From: Synechocystis sp. PCC 6803 substr. PCC-P
GTDB lineage: Bacteria > Cyanobacteriota > Cyanobacteriia > Cyanobacteriales > Microcystaceae
Direction of reading: 5' to 3'
Assembly (NCBI RefSeq): GCF_000284455.1
Contig: NC_017039.1
Coordinates: 2,820,001 to 2,852,000 of the forward strand
DNA: 32,000 nt
In this document: positions 9,228 to 17,784 of the stretch, piece by piece
Layout: each line of letters begins with the position of its first letter
How positions within the stretch are numbered: position 1 is the first letter of the stretch
Translations under genes and position numbers: made by a program
The notes under the pieces: generated by a model
What the model was told of the DNA's origin: nothing
The model's database searches: none
What the model saw: only the letters and a program-made list of their open reading frames with translations

Positions 9228-9443
9228 ATGAACTACTACCGTAAACGCCTTTCTCCCCTGCCCCCCAATCAGCCGATTGACTATAAAGACACGGAATTAT
9301 TGCGTAAATTCATCACTGAACGGGGTAAAATTCTCCCCCGACGCATCACTGGTTTGACTGCTAAACAACAACGGGACTTGACCACCGCAGTGAAACGCTC
9401 CCGTTTGGTGGCTCTCTTACCTTTCGTCAACAAAGAAATTTAG
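9228..9443 (+). CDS. rpsR: 30S ribosomal protein S18
   Basis: 71 aa containing [33 protein letters not shown], the canonical S18 core. Confidence 0.95.
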   Translation: MNYYRKRLSPLPPNQPIDYKDTELLRKFITERGKILPRRITGLTAKQQRDLTTAVKRSRLVALLPFVNKEI

Positions 9444-9534
9444 TTTTTCCGTCTTTGGGCTAAGAATAGTCTGAGAATAAGAATAAGTAGATATTCTTTA
9501 TGCGTCTTTCTACCTCAGGGTAGCAAATACGGGG

Positions 9535-9572
9535 AAATGCAGTGGCTTTTGTGGTTGCTGCATTTTTCTTTA
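9535..9572 (+). terminator. Putative rho-independent terminator after rpsR
   Basis: AAATGCAG (9535-9542) pairs with CTGCATTT (9558-9565), and G-U pairs can extend the stem. A T-rich tail (TTCTTTAC) follows. Confidence 0.5.
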
Positions 9573-9708
9573 CTCGTGAAATTCATCGGTCAGAGAAATT
9601 TTGGTCGGAGTAAGCCAATTTCTATCCTAGGGAACTGGAACTTTTCCAACTTTGCCCTTATCTTAGGCGTATCCCCTTGGGGAATTTGGGTGCAGAGGAG
9701 TAAACTTT

Positions 9709-10911
9709 ATGGTCTTGAGTCGAGACGTTAAATCTTCCCCGGAGCAAGCCTCTAGGGTTTCGTCAACGTTATCCGGCTACCGTTTAGCTGAATTGATTCG
9801 TCAGCGGGCTTGGGTGGAAATTGACCAAGCGGCGTTGGTGCATAACGTCCGGCAGTTCCGCCAGTATGTGGGGCCAAAAACTAATTTGATGGCGGTGGTC
9901 AAAGCCGATGCCTATGGCCATGGAGCAGTCCGGGTAGCCCAAACTGCTTTACAGGCCGGGGCTGATTGGTTGGCGATCGCCACTTTGGGGGAGGGCATCG
10001 AACTGAGGGAAGCGGGCATCACCGCCCCGATTTTGCTTTTGGGAGGTATTAATAGCCCAGAGGAAATTGAAGCCATTGCCCATTGGCGACTACAGCCCAC
10101 CCTCTGCTCCCCGGAACAGGCCCAATTGTTCAACGATATTTTGCTTAAGTTGGGTAAGGTTTTACCCGTACATCTCAAGCTGGATACGGGCATGACTAGG
10201 TTGGGTACTCCCTGGCCCCAGGCGGCGAACTTTGTTGGTTTGGTGCAATCTTTGCCCCAGCTACGGCTAGCTAGTTTATATTCCCATCTGGCCACAGCGG
10301 ACGACCCCAACACCGCCACCATGCTCCAGCAACAGGAAAGATTTGCCAAGGCGATCGCCAGTTTGCGTCAAGCCCGATTACCCATACCCAAATTACATTT
10401 AGCTAATTCTGCGGCCACCCTCCACGGCCAGGCTTGGCACTACGACATGGTCCGGGTAGGTTTAGGTTTGTATGGCCTTTATCCTGCTCCCCACCTAGGC
10501 GATTGCCTGGACCTAAAACCCGTATTAACAGTGCGGGCCAAAATCACCCAGATCAGAACCATTCCCCCCGGCACCGGCGTTAGTTACGGTCACCAATTCG
10601 TTAGTGAAGAAACCATGCCCATGGCAGTAGTGGGCATTGGCTATGCGGACGGTGTCCCCCGTAATCTTTCCAATCAATTGGAAGTGCTTTTGCGGGGCCA
10701 ACCAGTGCGACAAATCGGGGCCATCACCATGGATCAAATGATGGTGGATTTACGGGGCATTGATGATCCCCAAGTGGGGGAAGTGGTTACCCTGATTGGC
10801 CAAGACGGCGATCGCCAAATCACCGCAGACCATTGGGCCTCTACTTTGGGCACCATATCCTGGGAAATTCTCTGTGGCTTCAAACACCGTCTACCCCGTA
10901 TTCTTATCTAA
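9709..10911 (+). CDS. alr: Alanine racemase
   Basis: It has the PLP-lysine motif AVVKADAYGHGA, the conserved segments VGLGLYGLYP and SYG, and a C-terminal beta domain. Confidence 0.9.
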   Translation: MVLSRDVKSSPEQASRVSSTLSGYRLAELIRQRAWVEIDQAALVHNVRQFRQYVGPKTNLMAVVKADAYGHGAVRVAQTALQAGADWLAIATLGEGIELREAGITAPILLLGGINSPEEIEAIAHWRLQPTLCSPEQAQLFNDILLKLGKVLPVHLKLDTGMTRLGTPWPQAANFVGLVQSLPQLRLASLYSHLATADDPNTATMLQQQERFAKAIASLRQARLPIPKLHLANSAATLHGQAWHYDMVRVGLGLYGLYPAPHLGDCLDLKPVLTVRAKITQIRTIPPGTGVSYGHQFVSEETMPMAVVGIGYADGVPRNLSNQLEVLLRGQPVRQIGAITMDQMMVDLRGIDDPQVGEVVTLIGQDGDRQITADHWASTLGTISWEILCGFKHRLPRILI

Positions 10912-11145
10912 TCAGCCATGGTGAATCCCTTGCAACCATAATTGCTGACCGGAAAAACTGCCCAGTTGCCAAGCCCCCAGAATTTCGCTCGAAGGTCAAC
11001 TAAATGGGGCCGATTCGCTCTGTAAATTAATTCTTTACCCACAGGCGATCGCCCGAAAAACAAATTACCATAGTGGTGGATGACTGCCATTAACTTTTCA
11101 GTCGTTTTGTTTTATTTATTGACATACAAATTTTCCTAACCGGCA

Positions 11146-13695
11146 TTGGCTGATTTTTTGCCCAAAAAACATATTCCTTTGTATTGGGTACTAATTCTCC
11201 CCTTAGTGCTGCAAGTTTTGCTGGTTATGGCAGTTTTGGTCTTTTCCGCGCTATCGTTAGATTTTTTCGGTCAACTTAATAATAATGTCTATCTTTTTCT
11301 AGTTCTGGGCATTATCATTTTTTTAATTCCCGCCCTGACTAGTCTCTACATTGCTCGTTTAGTCATTGAACCCCTACGAAAACTAGTTACTACCAGTCAA
11401 AATTTAGCCCAAGGCACTTCCCACGGCACCATAACACAACCAGTGGCCATTGCCGAAATTCAGCAGCTTGCCAAAGCCATCAATGGTATGGCCCTCCGGT
11501 TACAACAATCCCTGGCACAAACCAAGGAAGAACTCCAAGGCTCCAAAGAACTATATCGGCAAGTAGTACAAAGTCAGACAGATTTTATTTTACGCTCCCA
11601 ACCAGATACCACCATCACCTTTGCCAACGATGCCCTTTGTCAAGCCCTAGGGCTTGCTTTACCCGAGGTAATCGGCTTGCAATGGCTAGACTTCATTGTT
11701 GAAGAAGACTTGAAAATAGTGCTGGACAAAATAGCCTGCTTAACCCCAGAACAGCCACAATTTATCAATGAAAATCAGGATAAAAGGGCAGGAGGAGTAT
11801 TAGGTTACACCCAATGGGTTAGTCGGGGAATTTTCAATGACAAGGGTCAATTAATTGAAATTCAGTCCGTTGGTCGGGATATTTCAGCCCTGAAAGAAAC
11901 CCAACTGGAATTAAGACAAAGTCAAAAATTTATTGAAAGCATTGCCGAAGCAACCCCCAGCCTTCTATACATATATGACCATATTAAGCAAGCCAATATC
12001 TATAGTAATCGTTCTGTTGCTGAATTTTTAGGTTATTCTCCAGAAGAAATTAAAACAATGGGGGCCAGCTTGTTTACAAATATTTGCCATCCAGAAGACT
12101 TGCCACGAATTTTAGCCGCCATTGAAAATTGTCAAAAATTAAGGGACGGTGAAATACTTGAAATTGAGTATCGTGTCCGAGATGCTAGACAACAATGGCG
12201 CTGGCTCCTAAGCCGAGACTTAGTTTTTACCCGCACAGAAACAGGACAACTTTGGCAAACCTTAGGCACAGCTCAGGATATTACCCAACGGAAAGAAGCG
12301 GAAATAGAGTTGGAAAAAATTAAAACTTTTCTTGCTTCCATTGTGGAAAATATTCCTGACATGATCTTTGTTAAAGATGCAAAAACTCTGAGATTTTTAG
12401 AATTAAATAAAGCTGGTGAAAGTTTAATCGGTTATACGAAAGAAGAAGTGTTAGGAAAAAATGATTATGAGCTATTTCCTCAGGAGCGGGCTGAATGGTT
12501 TATCCAAGAGGATAGGCAAGTTTTACTATCTGGAGAAGTTCAAGATATCCCCATGGAAGTTATCCAAACCTGCCACGAAGGGATACGTATTTTACACACT
12601 AAAAAAATCCCTATTTGTGACGCATCCGGTCAAGCGCAATATTTATTGGGTATTTCCGCTGATATTACTGATCTGTTGGAATCCCAACAACGTTTGCAGG
12701 AATTAGCTCGCCATATTCCGGGGGTAATCTATCAGTTTCGCATGCGTCCCGATGGTACTTTTCACTTTCCCTATGCCAGTGAGGGGATTCGGAAAATTTA
12801 TGGAGTTAGCCCTGAGGAGGTAAAAGAAGATGCCACCCCAGTTTTTAACGTGTTGCACCCTGATGAATTGCCAGGAGTTTCCCGATCCATTTATGAGTCT
12901 GCAGCAAACCTAACTCCCTGGTATTACGAGTATCGAGTTTGTTTTGCTGATGGACGAGTGATCTGGGTATTAGGCTACGCCACGCCCCGGAGGGAAAGCG
13001 ATGGAGGAACCATTTGGCATGGCTATATTAAAGACATTACTGATCGCAAAGAAGAAGAATATTTATTAATTAAAGCCAAAGAAAGGGCAGAAACAGCGGA
13101 GCAAACCTTACAAAAAGCTCAAATTCGGCTAGAAAGGTTTAATAAAAAACTAAGTCAATTAATAGATATTGATGGGTTGACGAAGATTGCTAACCGTCGT
13201 TGCTTTAATGTCCGCATTAAACAAGAGTGGCGGAGATTATCTAGGGCTCAAGTGCCCATATCCTTAATCATGTTTGATATAGATTGCTTCAAAAATTACA
13301 ATGACCGCTATGGCCATCCGGAGGGGGATCTGTGCTTAATTAGGGTGGCCCAAGCAGCTAGAAAAGCTGCCAGTCGGCCAGCGGACTTAGTGGCCCGTTT
13401 TGGGGGGGAAGAATTTGCGGTGCTTTTGCCCGAAACCGACACCAAGGGGGCAATTATGGTTGCCGAGAAAATCATTCAAGCCATCAGCCAATTGGCGATC
13501 GCCCATGAAGCTTCCCCCATTAGTGGGCAAATCACAATCAGTTTGGGCATCGGCACCCAGTTTCCCTCCAAGGAACTCATCTCCAGGACCCTTATCAAAC
13601 AAGCGGATATGGCCCTGTATGAAGCAAAACGCCGGGGCAGAAATCAGTATGTGGTCTGGACGGAAGAACTGGAAGGGGAGTCCTCACTTTCATGA
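11146..13695 (+). CDS. Membrane-anchored sensor diguanylate cyclase: 2 TM + HAMP + about four PAS/PAC modules + coiled coil + GGDEF
   Basis: The GGEEF active site is at 13402-13416. An RPAD I-site (13375-13386) lies five residues upstream. PAS/PAC-like repeats are present (e.g. EYRVRDARQQWRWL, EYRVCFADGRVIWV). No EAL or HD-GYP domain. The TTG start is uncertain. Confidence 0.85.
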   Translation: MADFLPKKHIPLYWVLILPLVLQVLLVMAVLVFSALSLDFFGQLNNNVYLFLVLGIIIFLIPALTSLYIARLVIEPLRKLVTTSQNLAQGTSHGTITQPVAIAEIQQLAKAINGMALRLQQSLAQTKEELQGSKELYRQVVQSQTDFILRSQPDTTITFANDALCQALGLALPEVIGLQWLDFIVEEDLKIVLDKIACLTPEQPQFINENQDKRAGGVLGYTQWVSRGIFNDKGQLIEIQSVGRDISALKETQLELRQSQKFIESIAEATPSLLYIYDHIKQANIYSNRSVAEFLGYSPEEIKTMGASLFTNICHPEDLPRILAAIENCQKLRDGEILEIEYRVRDARQQWRWLLSRDLVFTRTETGQLWQTLGTAQDITQRKEAEIELEKIKTFLASIVENIPDMIFVKDAKTLRFLELNKAGESLIGYTKEEVLGKNDYELFPQERAEWFIQEDRQVLLSGEVQDIPMEVIQTCHEGIRILHTKKIPICDASGQAQYLLGISADITDLLESQQRLQELARHIPGVIYQFRMRPDGTFHFPYASEGIRKIYGVSPEEVKEDATPVFNVLHPDELPGVSRSIYESAANLTPWYYEYRVCFADGRVIWVLGYATPRRESDGGTIWHGYIKDITDRKEEEYLLIKAKERAETAEQTLQKAQIRLERFNKKLSQLIDIDGLTKIANRRCFNVRIKQEWRRLSRAQVPISLIMFDIDCFKNYNDRYGHPEGDLCLIRVAQAARKAASRPADLVARFGGEEFAVLLPETDTKGAIMVAEKIIQAISQLAIAHEASPISGQITISLGIGTQFPSKELISRTLIKQADMALYEAKRRGRNQYVVWTEELEGESSLS

Positions 13696-15338
13696 GGTCC
13701 CAAAGCTAGGACAGCGTCCTTGAGAGCTTCAGAACGGTCGTCATAGCAATTACTTTCAGGAACAAAGCGGAACACTTGCAATTTTTCCAAGCGTCGCTTG
13801 GTTTGCCCTGTTGCCCCCACAATGTAAACGGCCCGACCTTTTTCCGCCGCTTCTTCAATGGCATTTTCCAGGGCCAGGGAAGCGGTTACTCCCAAATGGG
13901 GCACATCGCTCAGATCAAAAACAATGGCGGCACATTCTTGAATGGCATTATGTTCCCTGGCGATCGCCTTGGCCACCCCAAAAATCATTGGGCCACTGAG
14001 TTGGAAAAGCAAGACCCGGCCATTGCCCTCATCTAGCCAACGTTTCTCATTGGCGGAAAGGAGAATTTCGTCGTCGGCATCGCTAATACTTTTCACAGCT
14101 TTGGACTGCAACGCACTCATACGGTCAATGGTGAGAATATTGGCAATAAATACACCAATACCTACTGCCGCAATTAAATCCACCAACACCGTCAGGACAA
14201 TGACGGCATACATAATCAAGGCCCCTTTGATGGAGACATGGTGAGCCCGCTTGAGGAACCCCCAATCAATAATGTCCACCCCAACTTTGAACGCAATACC
14301 AGCCAATACGGCTAGGGGAATGGTAGCCGCCAATTTAGCTGCGCCTAAAATTACCACCAGCAACACCATCGCCCGGATCAAGCCAGACAGAGCTGTGCGT
14401 CCCCCGGACTGGATATTTACCACCGTCCCCATGGTGGCCCCAGCTCCCCCCAAGCCACCAAATAAACCGGACATTACATTGCCGATGCCCTGGCCGACTA
14501 ATTCCTTGTTGGAGTTATGTTCTGTGCGGGTCAAGCTATCAGCCACCACCGAAGTCAGGAGGGCATCAATACAGCCCAGCATTCCCAGAACAGCCGCATC
14601 AATCAGCATTCTCTGTAATTGATCAGCCTGAAACACTGGTAGCTGTAGAGCGGGCAAACCGGCCTGAATTTCCCCAATGCGACGGATATCCAGATCGCCA
14701 AATAGGGTGATGGAAATAATTGTCCCCAACACTAAAGCCACCAATTGGGGCGGAGCAAACTTTTTCCAACGGGAAGGCATAAACCAAATAATGCCCACCG
14801 TCATGAGCGCCAATAGGGTTTCCACCGGCCTGACATTGCTTACTAGGTTAGGGAGGGCCTGGAGGGTGCCGATTACCCCTCCCTTGGGACTAGCTTGGCC
14901 AAGAAAGGGAGCCAGTTGCAAAATCACCAAAATAATCCCAATGCCGGACATAAAGCCGGAAATGACTGTGTAGGGCATCATGGTGACATATTTGCCCAAT
15001 TTGAGCAGACCAAAGGCAATCTGGAACAACCCCGCCATCATTACCACAGTGAAGGCCATGGCCAAGCCATTGTCGGGATCTGCCGCCACTAAACTAGCAA
15101 TAACCGCCGTTTGCACCACCGTCATGGGCCCAGTCGGTTCGGAAATTAAGGTGGGGGTGCCGCCAAATAAGGCCGCGAAAAACCCTACGATCACCGCCCC
15201 CCAGAGTCCGGCCGTAGCCCCTGCTCCGGAAGCAATCCCGAAGGCTAAGGCCATGGGCAGGGCAATAACCGCCGCTGTAACCCCGCCAAAAAGGTCCCCC
15301 TGCAGGTTCCTAAAATGAATTTTGTTAGTTATTTGCAT
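13644..15338 (-). CDS. bicA: SulP-family Na+-dependent bicarbonate transporter BicA with a C-terminal STAS domain
   Basis: The 564-aa sequence is near-collinear with the BicA sequence I recall from Synechococcus PCC 7002 (MQITNKIHFRN..., GGTPTLISEPTGPMTVV, TRTEHNSNKEL, FQLSGPMIFGVAKAIAREH). Confidence 0.9.
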   Translation of the reverse strand: MQITNKIHFRNLQGDLFGGVTAAVIALPMALAFGIASGAGATAGLWGAVIVGFFAALFGGTPTLISEPTGPMTVVQTAVIASLVAADPDNGLAMAFTVVMMAGLFQIAFGLLKLGKYVTMMPYTVISGFMSGIGIILVILQLAPFLGQASPKGGVIGTLQALPNLVSNVRPVETLLALMTVGIIWFMPSRWKKFAPPQLVALVLGTIISITLFGDLDIRRIGEIQAGLPALQLPVFQADQLQRMLIDAAVLGMLGCIDALLTSVVADSLTRTEHNSNKELVGQGIGNVMSGLFGGLGGAGATMGTVVNIQSGGRTALSGLIRAMVLLVVILGAAKLAATIPLAVLAGIAFKVGVDIIDWGFLKRAHHVSIKGALIMYAVIVLTVLVDLIAAVGIGVFIANILTIDRMSALQSKAVKSISDADDEILLSANEKRWLDEGNGRVLLFQLSGPMIFGVAKAIAREHNAIQECAAIVFDLSDVPHLGVTASLALENAIEEAAEKGRAVYIVGATGQTKRRLEKLQVFRFVPESNCYDDRSEALKDAVLALGPHESEDSPSSSSVQTTY

Positions 15339-15622
15339 TATTCAATATCCCCAAAAATGGGTTAGTCATAGTCTTTAGTCTATTTAAAATAGATTTCCAT
15401 AGAGAATATTCTAGGGCTGGTTTTTACTTCAGGCAATGATACAGATAGATAAAATCTATACCAAATGTCAAAAGAGGACTCCCGTTAGAGCCTGAGCGGT
15501 GAGATCAATTTTGGCCAATGATTAAACTAAATCTTTTTAGGGATAGGGATTGATCGGTGCTCTGCTGTCGAGCTTGGCAACCATAAATCTTCCCCAGCCC
15601 CCATTGAGCAAATTTTTCTCTA

Positions 15623-16738
15623 TTATTCCCCTAAACTGCGGGGATCTAGGGCATCTCGCAGGCCGTCTCCCAATAGATTAAAGGCCAAGACAGTCAAAAT
15701 AATTAGTACTGCGGGGGGCCAGACCAACCAAGGTTGCAACACCAAGATAGAAGCATTGGTGGCAATGGAAAGTAAATTTCCCCAACTAGGATCCGGTTGT
15801 TGAATGCCCAGGCCGATCAAGCTCAACACTGATTCGGCCACAATAAATCCGGGCACTGCCAACGTGGCGGAAATAATAATGTAACTGGCGGTTTGGGGCA
15901 AAATGTGGCGCACAATAATCCTTGGTGCCCCGGCCCCCATGGCTTTGGCGGCTTGGACGTATTCCTGTTGTTTGAGGGAAAGCACTTGACCTCGAATTAC
16001 CCTAGCTAACCCAGACCAACTAATGAAAGAAGTAATTACCACAATGAGCAAAAACCTTTGGGCACTGCTCAGACCAGGAGGTAACACCGCCGCTAGGGCC
16101 ACCAACAGGTAAATGCCAGGGATGGTCATCAGCACTTCTACTAGACGCATTAAAACCACGTCTAACCAACCACCGAAGTATCCAGCAATGCCTCCCACCA
16201 CCATGCCCAGGGGAAAGGAAATGGTAATCCCAATCAAGCCAATGAATAAACTAATGCGGCCACCAAATAATAAACGGCTAAATTGATCCCTTCCTTGTTC
16301 GTCTGTCCCCAATAAGTTGAGCTTACCCGGCCCTAAGGTACCAATTAAATGGCGATCGCCTGGGATACCCGGAAAAATTTCCACTGGGGCAAAACTGGGG
16401 GGTAAGGGTAATTTAATTTGTCCCCAGACGTAACTATCCCCTTGGACCCAAAGGCGGACTGGGGAAGGTTGGCTGAAATCTATCTCTAAAGGTCTTAATC
16501 CCGTTTCTAAATCGGTGGGTAACTGGCGGGTGGGGTAAACGGTGGGCCCGATCCATTTCCCCCCCGGCGATCGCCAATGGATTTGGGTGGGAGGCAGTAG
16601 GGAACCATCCACTTGGGCGTTGTAGGGATTATAGGGGGCAAAAATATCCGCTCCAATGACAGCGACGTAAAACAACAATAGTAGTATGGCACCCCAACGA
16701 GCCAGGCTATTGCGCCGCAGTTTTTTCCACCAATCCAT
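15623..16738 (-). CDS. ABC transporter permease, DppC/OppC (oligopeptide-type) family
   Basis: Multi-TM protein with an OppC_N-like N-terminus and the EAA-loop region QEYVQAAKAMGAGAPRIIVRHILPQ. The ATG at 16738 (MDWWKK) is preferred over the extended ORF start at 16789. Confidence 0.8.
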   Translation of the reverse strand: MDWWKKLRRNSLARWGAILLLLFYVAVIGADIFAPYNPYNAQVDGSLLPPTQIHWRSPGGKWIGPTVYPTRQLPTDLETGLRPLEIDFSQPSPVRLWVQGDSYVWGQIKLPLPPSFAPVEIFPGIPGDRHLIGTLGPGKLNLLGTDEQGRDQFSRLLFGGRISLFIGLIGITISFPLGMVVGGIAGYFGGWLDVVLMRLVEVLMTIPGIYLLVALAAVLPPGLSSAQRFLLIVVITSFISWSGLARVIRGQVLSLKQQEYVQAAKAMGAGAPRIIVRHILPQTASYIIISATLAVPGFIVAESVLSLIGLGIQQPDPSWGNLLSIATNASILVLQPWLVWPPAVLIILTVLAFNLLGDGLRDALDPRSLGE

Positions 16739-16751
16739 AAAAATTTGTCCC

Positions 16752-17162
16752 CTAGCAACGGCCGCTATCCAAATCCAGATAACGCTCAATCAACAAAATA
16801 GCAACAATATCATCCACCGGGCGGGGGGGAGTCCTCAAACCCAAGGGCACCAAACGCCCTAATCCCTGAGGAGGATACATTTGCCAATATCTTTGCCTGG
16901 CTTCCACAGTACTGTTTTTTTCGTTCACCAATGCCAGGGCCATGGCTGGGAGTAAGTAACTTTGCAATTGTTTTTGCCATTGTTTAGCGGTGGTTTGATT
17001 CCCCATTACTACTTGCTCCACTTGATACTGCTCACACAGGGCCGGCAGTCGCTGGGGCACTTCCTGGGCCGCAATGGTTTCATGGTACAAAATTTGGCGA
17101 TCGCCAGTCATCACCGCCACCCCGCATTTATCCCGACCAGGATCAAATCCTAAATAATTCAT
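16752..17162 (-). CDS. YqgF/RuvX-like RNase H-fold nuclease (putative pre-16S rRNA nuclease / Holliday-junction-resolvase-like)
   Basis: The N-terminal MNYLGFDPGRDKCGVAV resembles the YqgF GLDxGxxRxGxA motif. The C-terminal VDDIVAILLIERYL resembles the YqgF D..AA.IL..YL motif. Length is about 136 aa from the Met at 17162; the longer ORF to 17312 is considered unlikely. Confidence 0.5.
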   Translation of the reverse strand: MNYLGFDPGRDKCGVAVMTGDRQILYHETIAAQEVPQRLPALCEQYQVEQVVMGNQTTAKQWQKQLQSYLLPAMALALVNEKNSTVEARQRYWQMYPPQGLGRLVPLGLRTPPRPVDDIVAILLIERYLDLDSGRC

Positions 17163-17402
17163 ACAACTTGGTAATTTATTTAATTTTCCAGTGGGCCAAC
17201 GTCCCATGGTAATGGTTAGGCTGTCATCCAAAAACTTGGTCTTTAACCTAGTCCGAGAAAATCTTTGGAAAAGCGTCGTACCATTGAAAAATCTATCGGA
17301 ATTCCTTTGCAAAGGAGAATTTTCACAAAACTTCTTGACCGGGGTTGAAAGTGAATTTTTCCCTGGGCAGTCAGTCTAGGGTGTGATAGAGAGAAAAGGC
17401 GG

Positions 17403-17732
17403 TTGAGTATATCATGGGCATATAAGACGTTTTTGTTGGTTGCCACTGCCTTGCATAGCGAAGTTATTTGTTTTCCTCAACTACCCCTCGCTGTTTACCG
17501 GGAAATCGCGGCCCATGTGCAACAGCTTGCCGGTGTGACCGCGACCCTTCTGACTCCCACTTTTACCCAGTTTGACTATTTCAACAGTCAGGTGGGGGGC
17601 CTGGAGCTGACCCTACAGGATGATTTTTCCCCCGGCGATCGCCAAATTATTGAGGAAATTCTCGCCTTCTATGCCAAAAGATACGGCACTCCCGAGCGAC
17701 GGCCCGCCATGGTTTCTTCCTACACCGCTTAG
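17403..17732 (+). CDS. Hypothetical protein immediately upstream of dnaB
   Basis: 109-aa ORF with Synechocystis-like codon usage and one HIP1 site. It ends 50 nt before dnaB. The start is uncertain (TTG at 17403). No family recognised. Confidence 0.4.
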   Translation: MSISWAYKTFLLVATALHSEVICFPQLPLAVYREIAAHVQQLAGVTATLLTPTFTQFDYFNSQVGGLELTLQDDFSPGDRQIIEEILAFYAKRYGTPERRPAMVSSYTA

Positions 17733-17784
17733 AATATCTGCTCCACTGGTCGAGAACTAGACTGTCCCCAATCATTCCAACTTG

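Noticed and set aside
9537-9731. 64-aa ORF between rpsR and alr.
   Set aside because: It begins inside the putative rpsR terminator hairpin and overlaps the alr start. Its sequence is hydrophobic nonsense-like. It is more likely terminator plus alr promoter and leader.
10908-11090. 60-aa minus-strand ORF between alr and the GGDEF gene.
   Set aside because: It has no recognisable motif and barely reaches the length threshold. It sits in the likely promoter region of the sensor gene, which contains a TTGACA at 11121-11126.
13776-15318. Seven + strand ORFs of 62-123 aa antisense to bicA.
   Set aside because: They are rich in Pro, Ala, Arg and Ser and have no motifs. They are fully nested in a confidently identified 564-aa transporter gene. 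This is typical of open antisense frames in a biased-composition gene.
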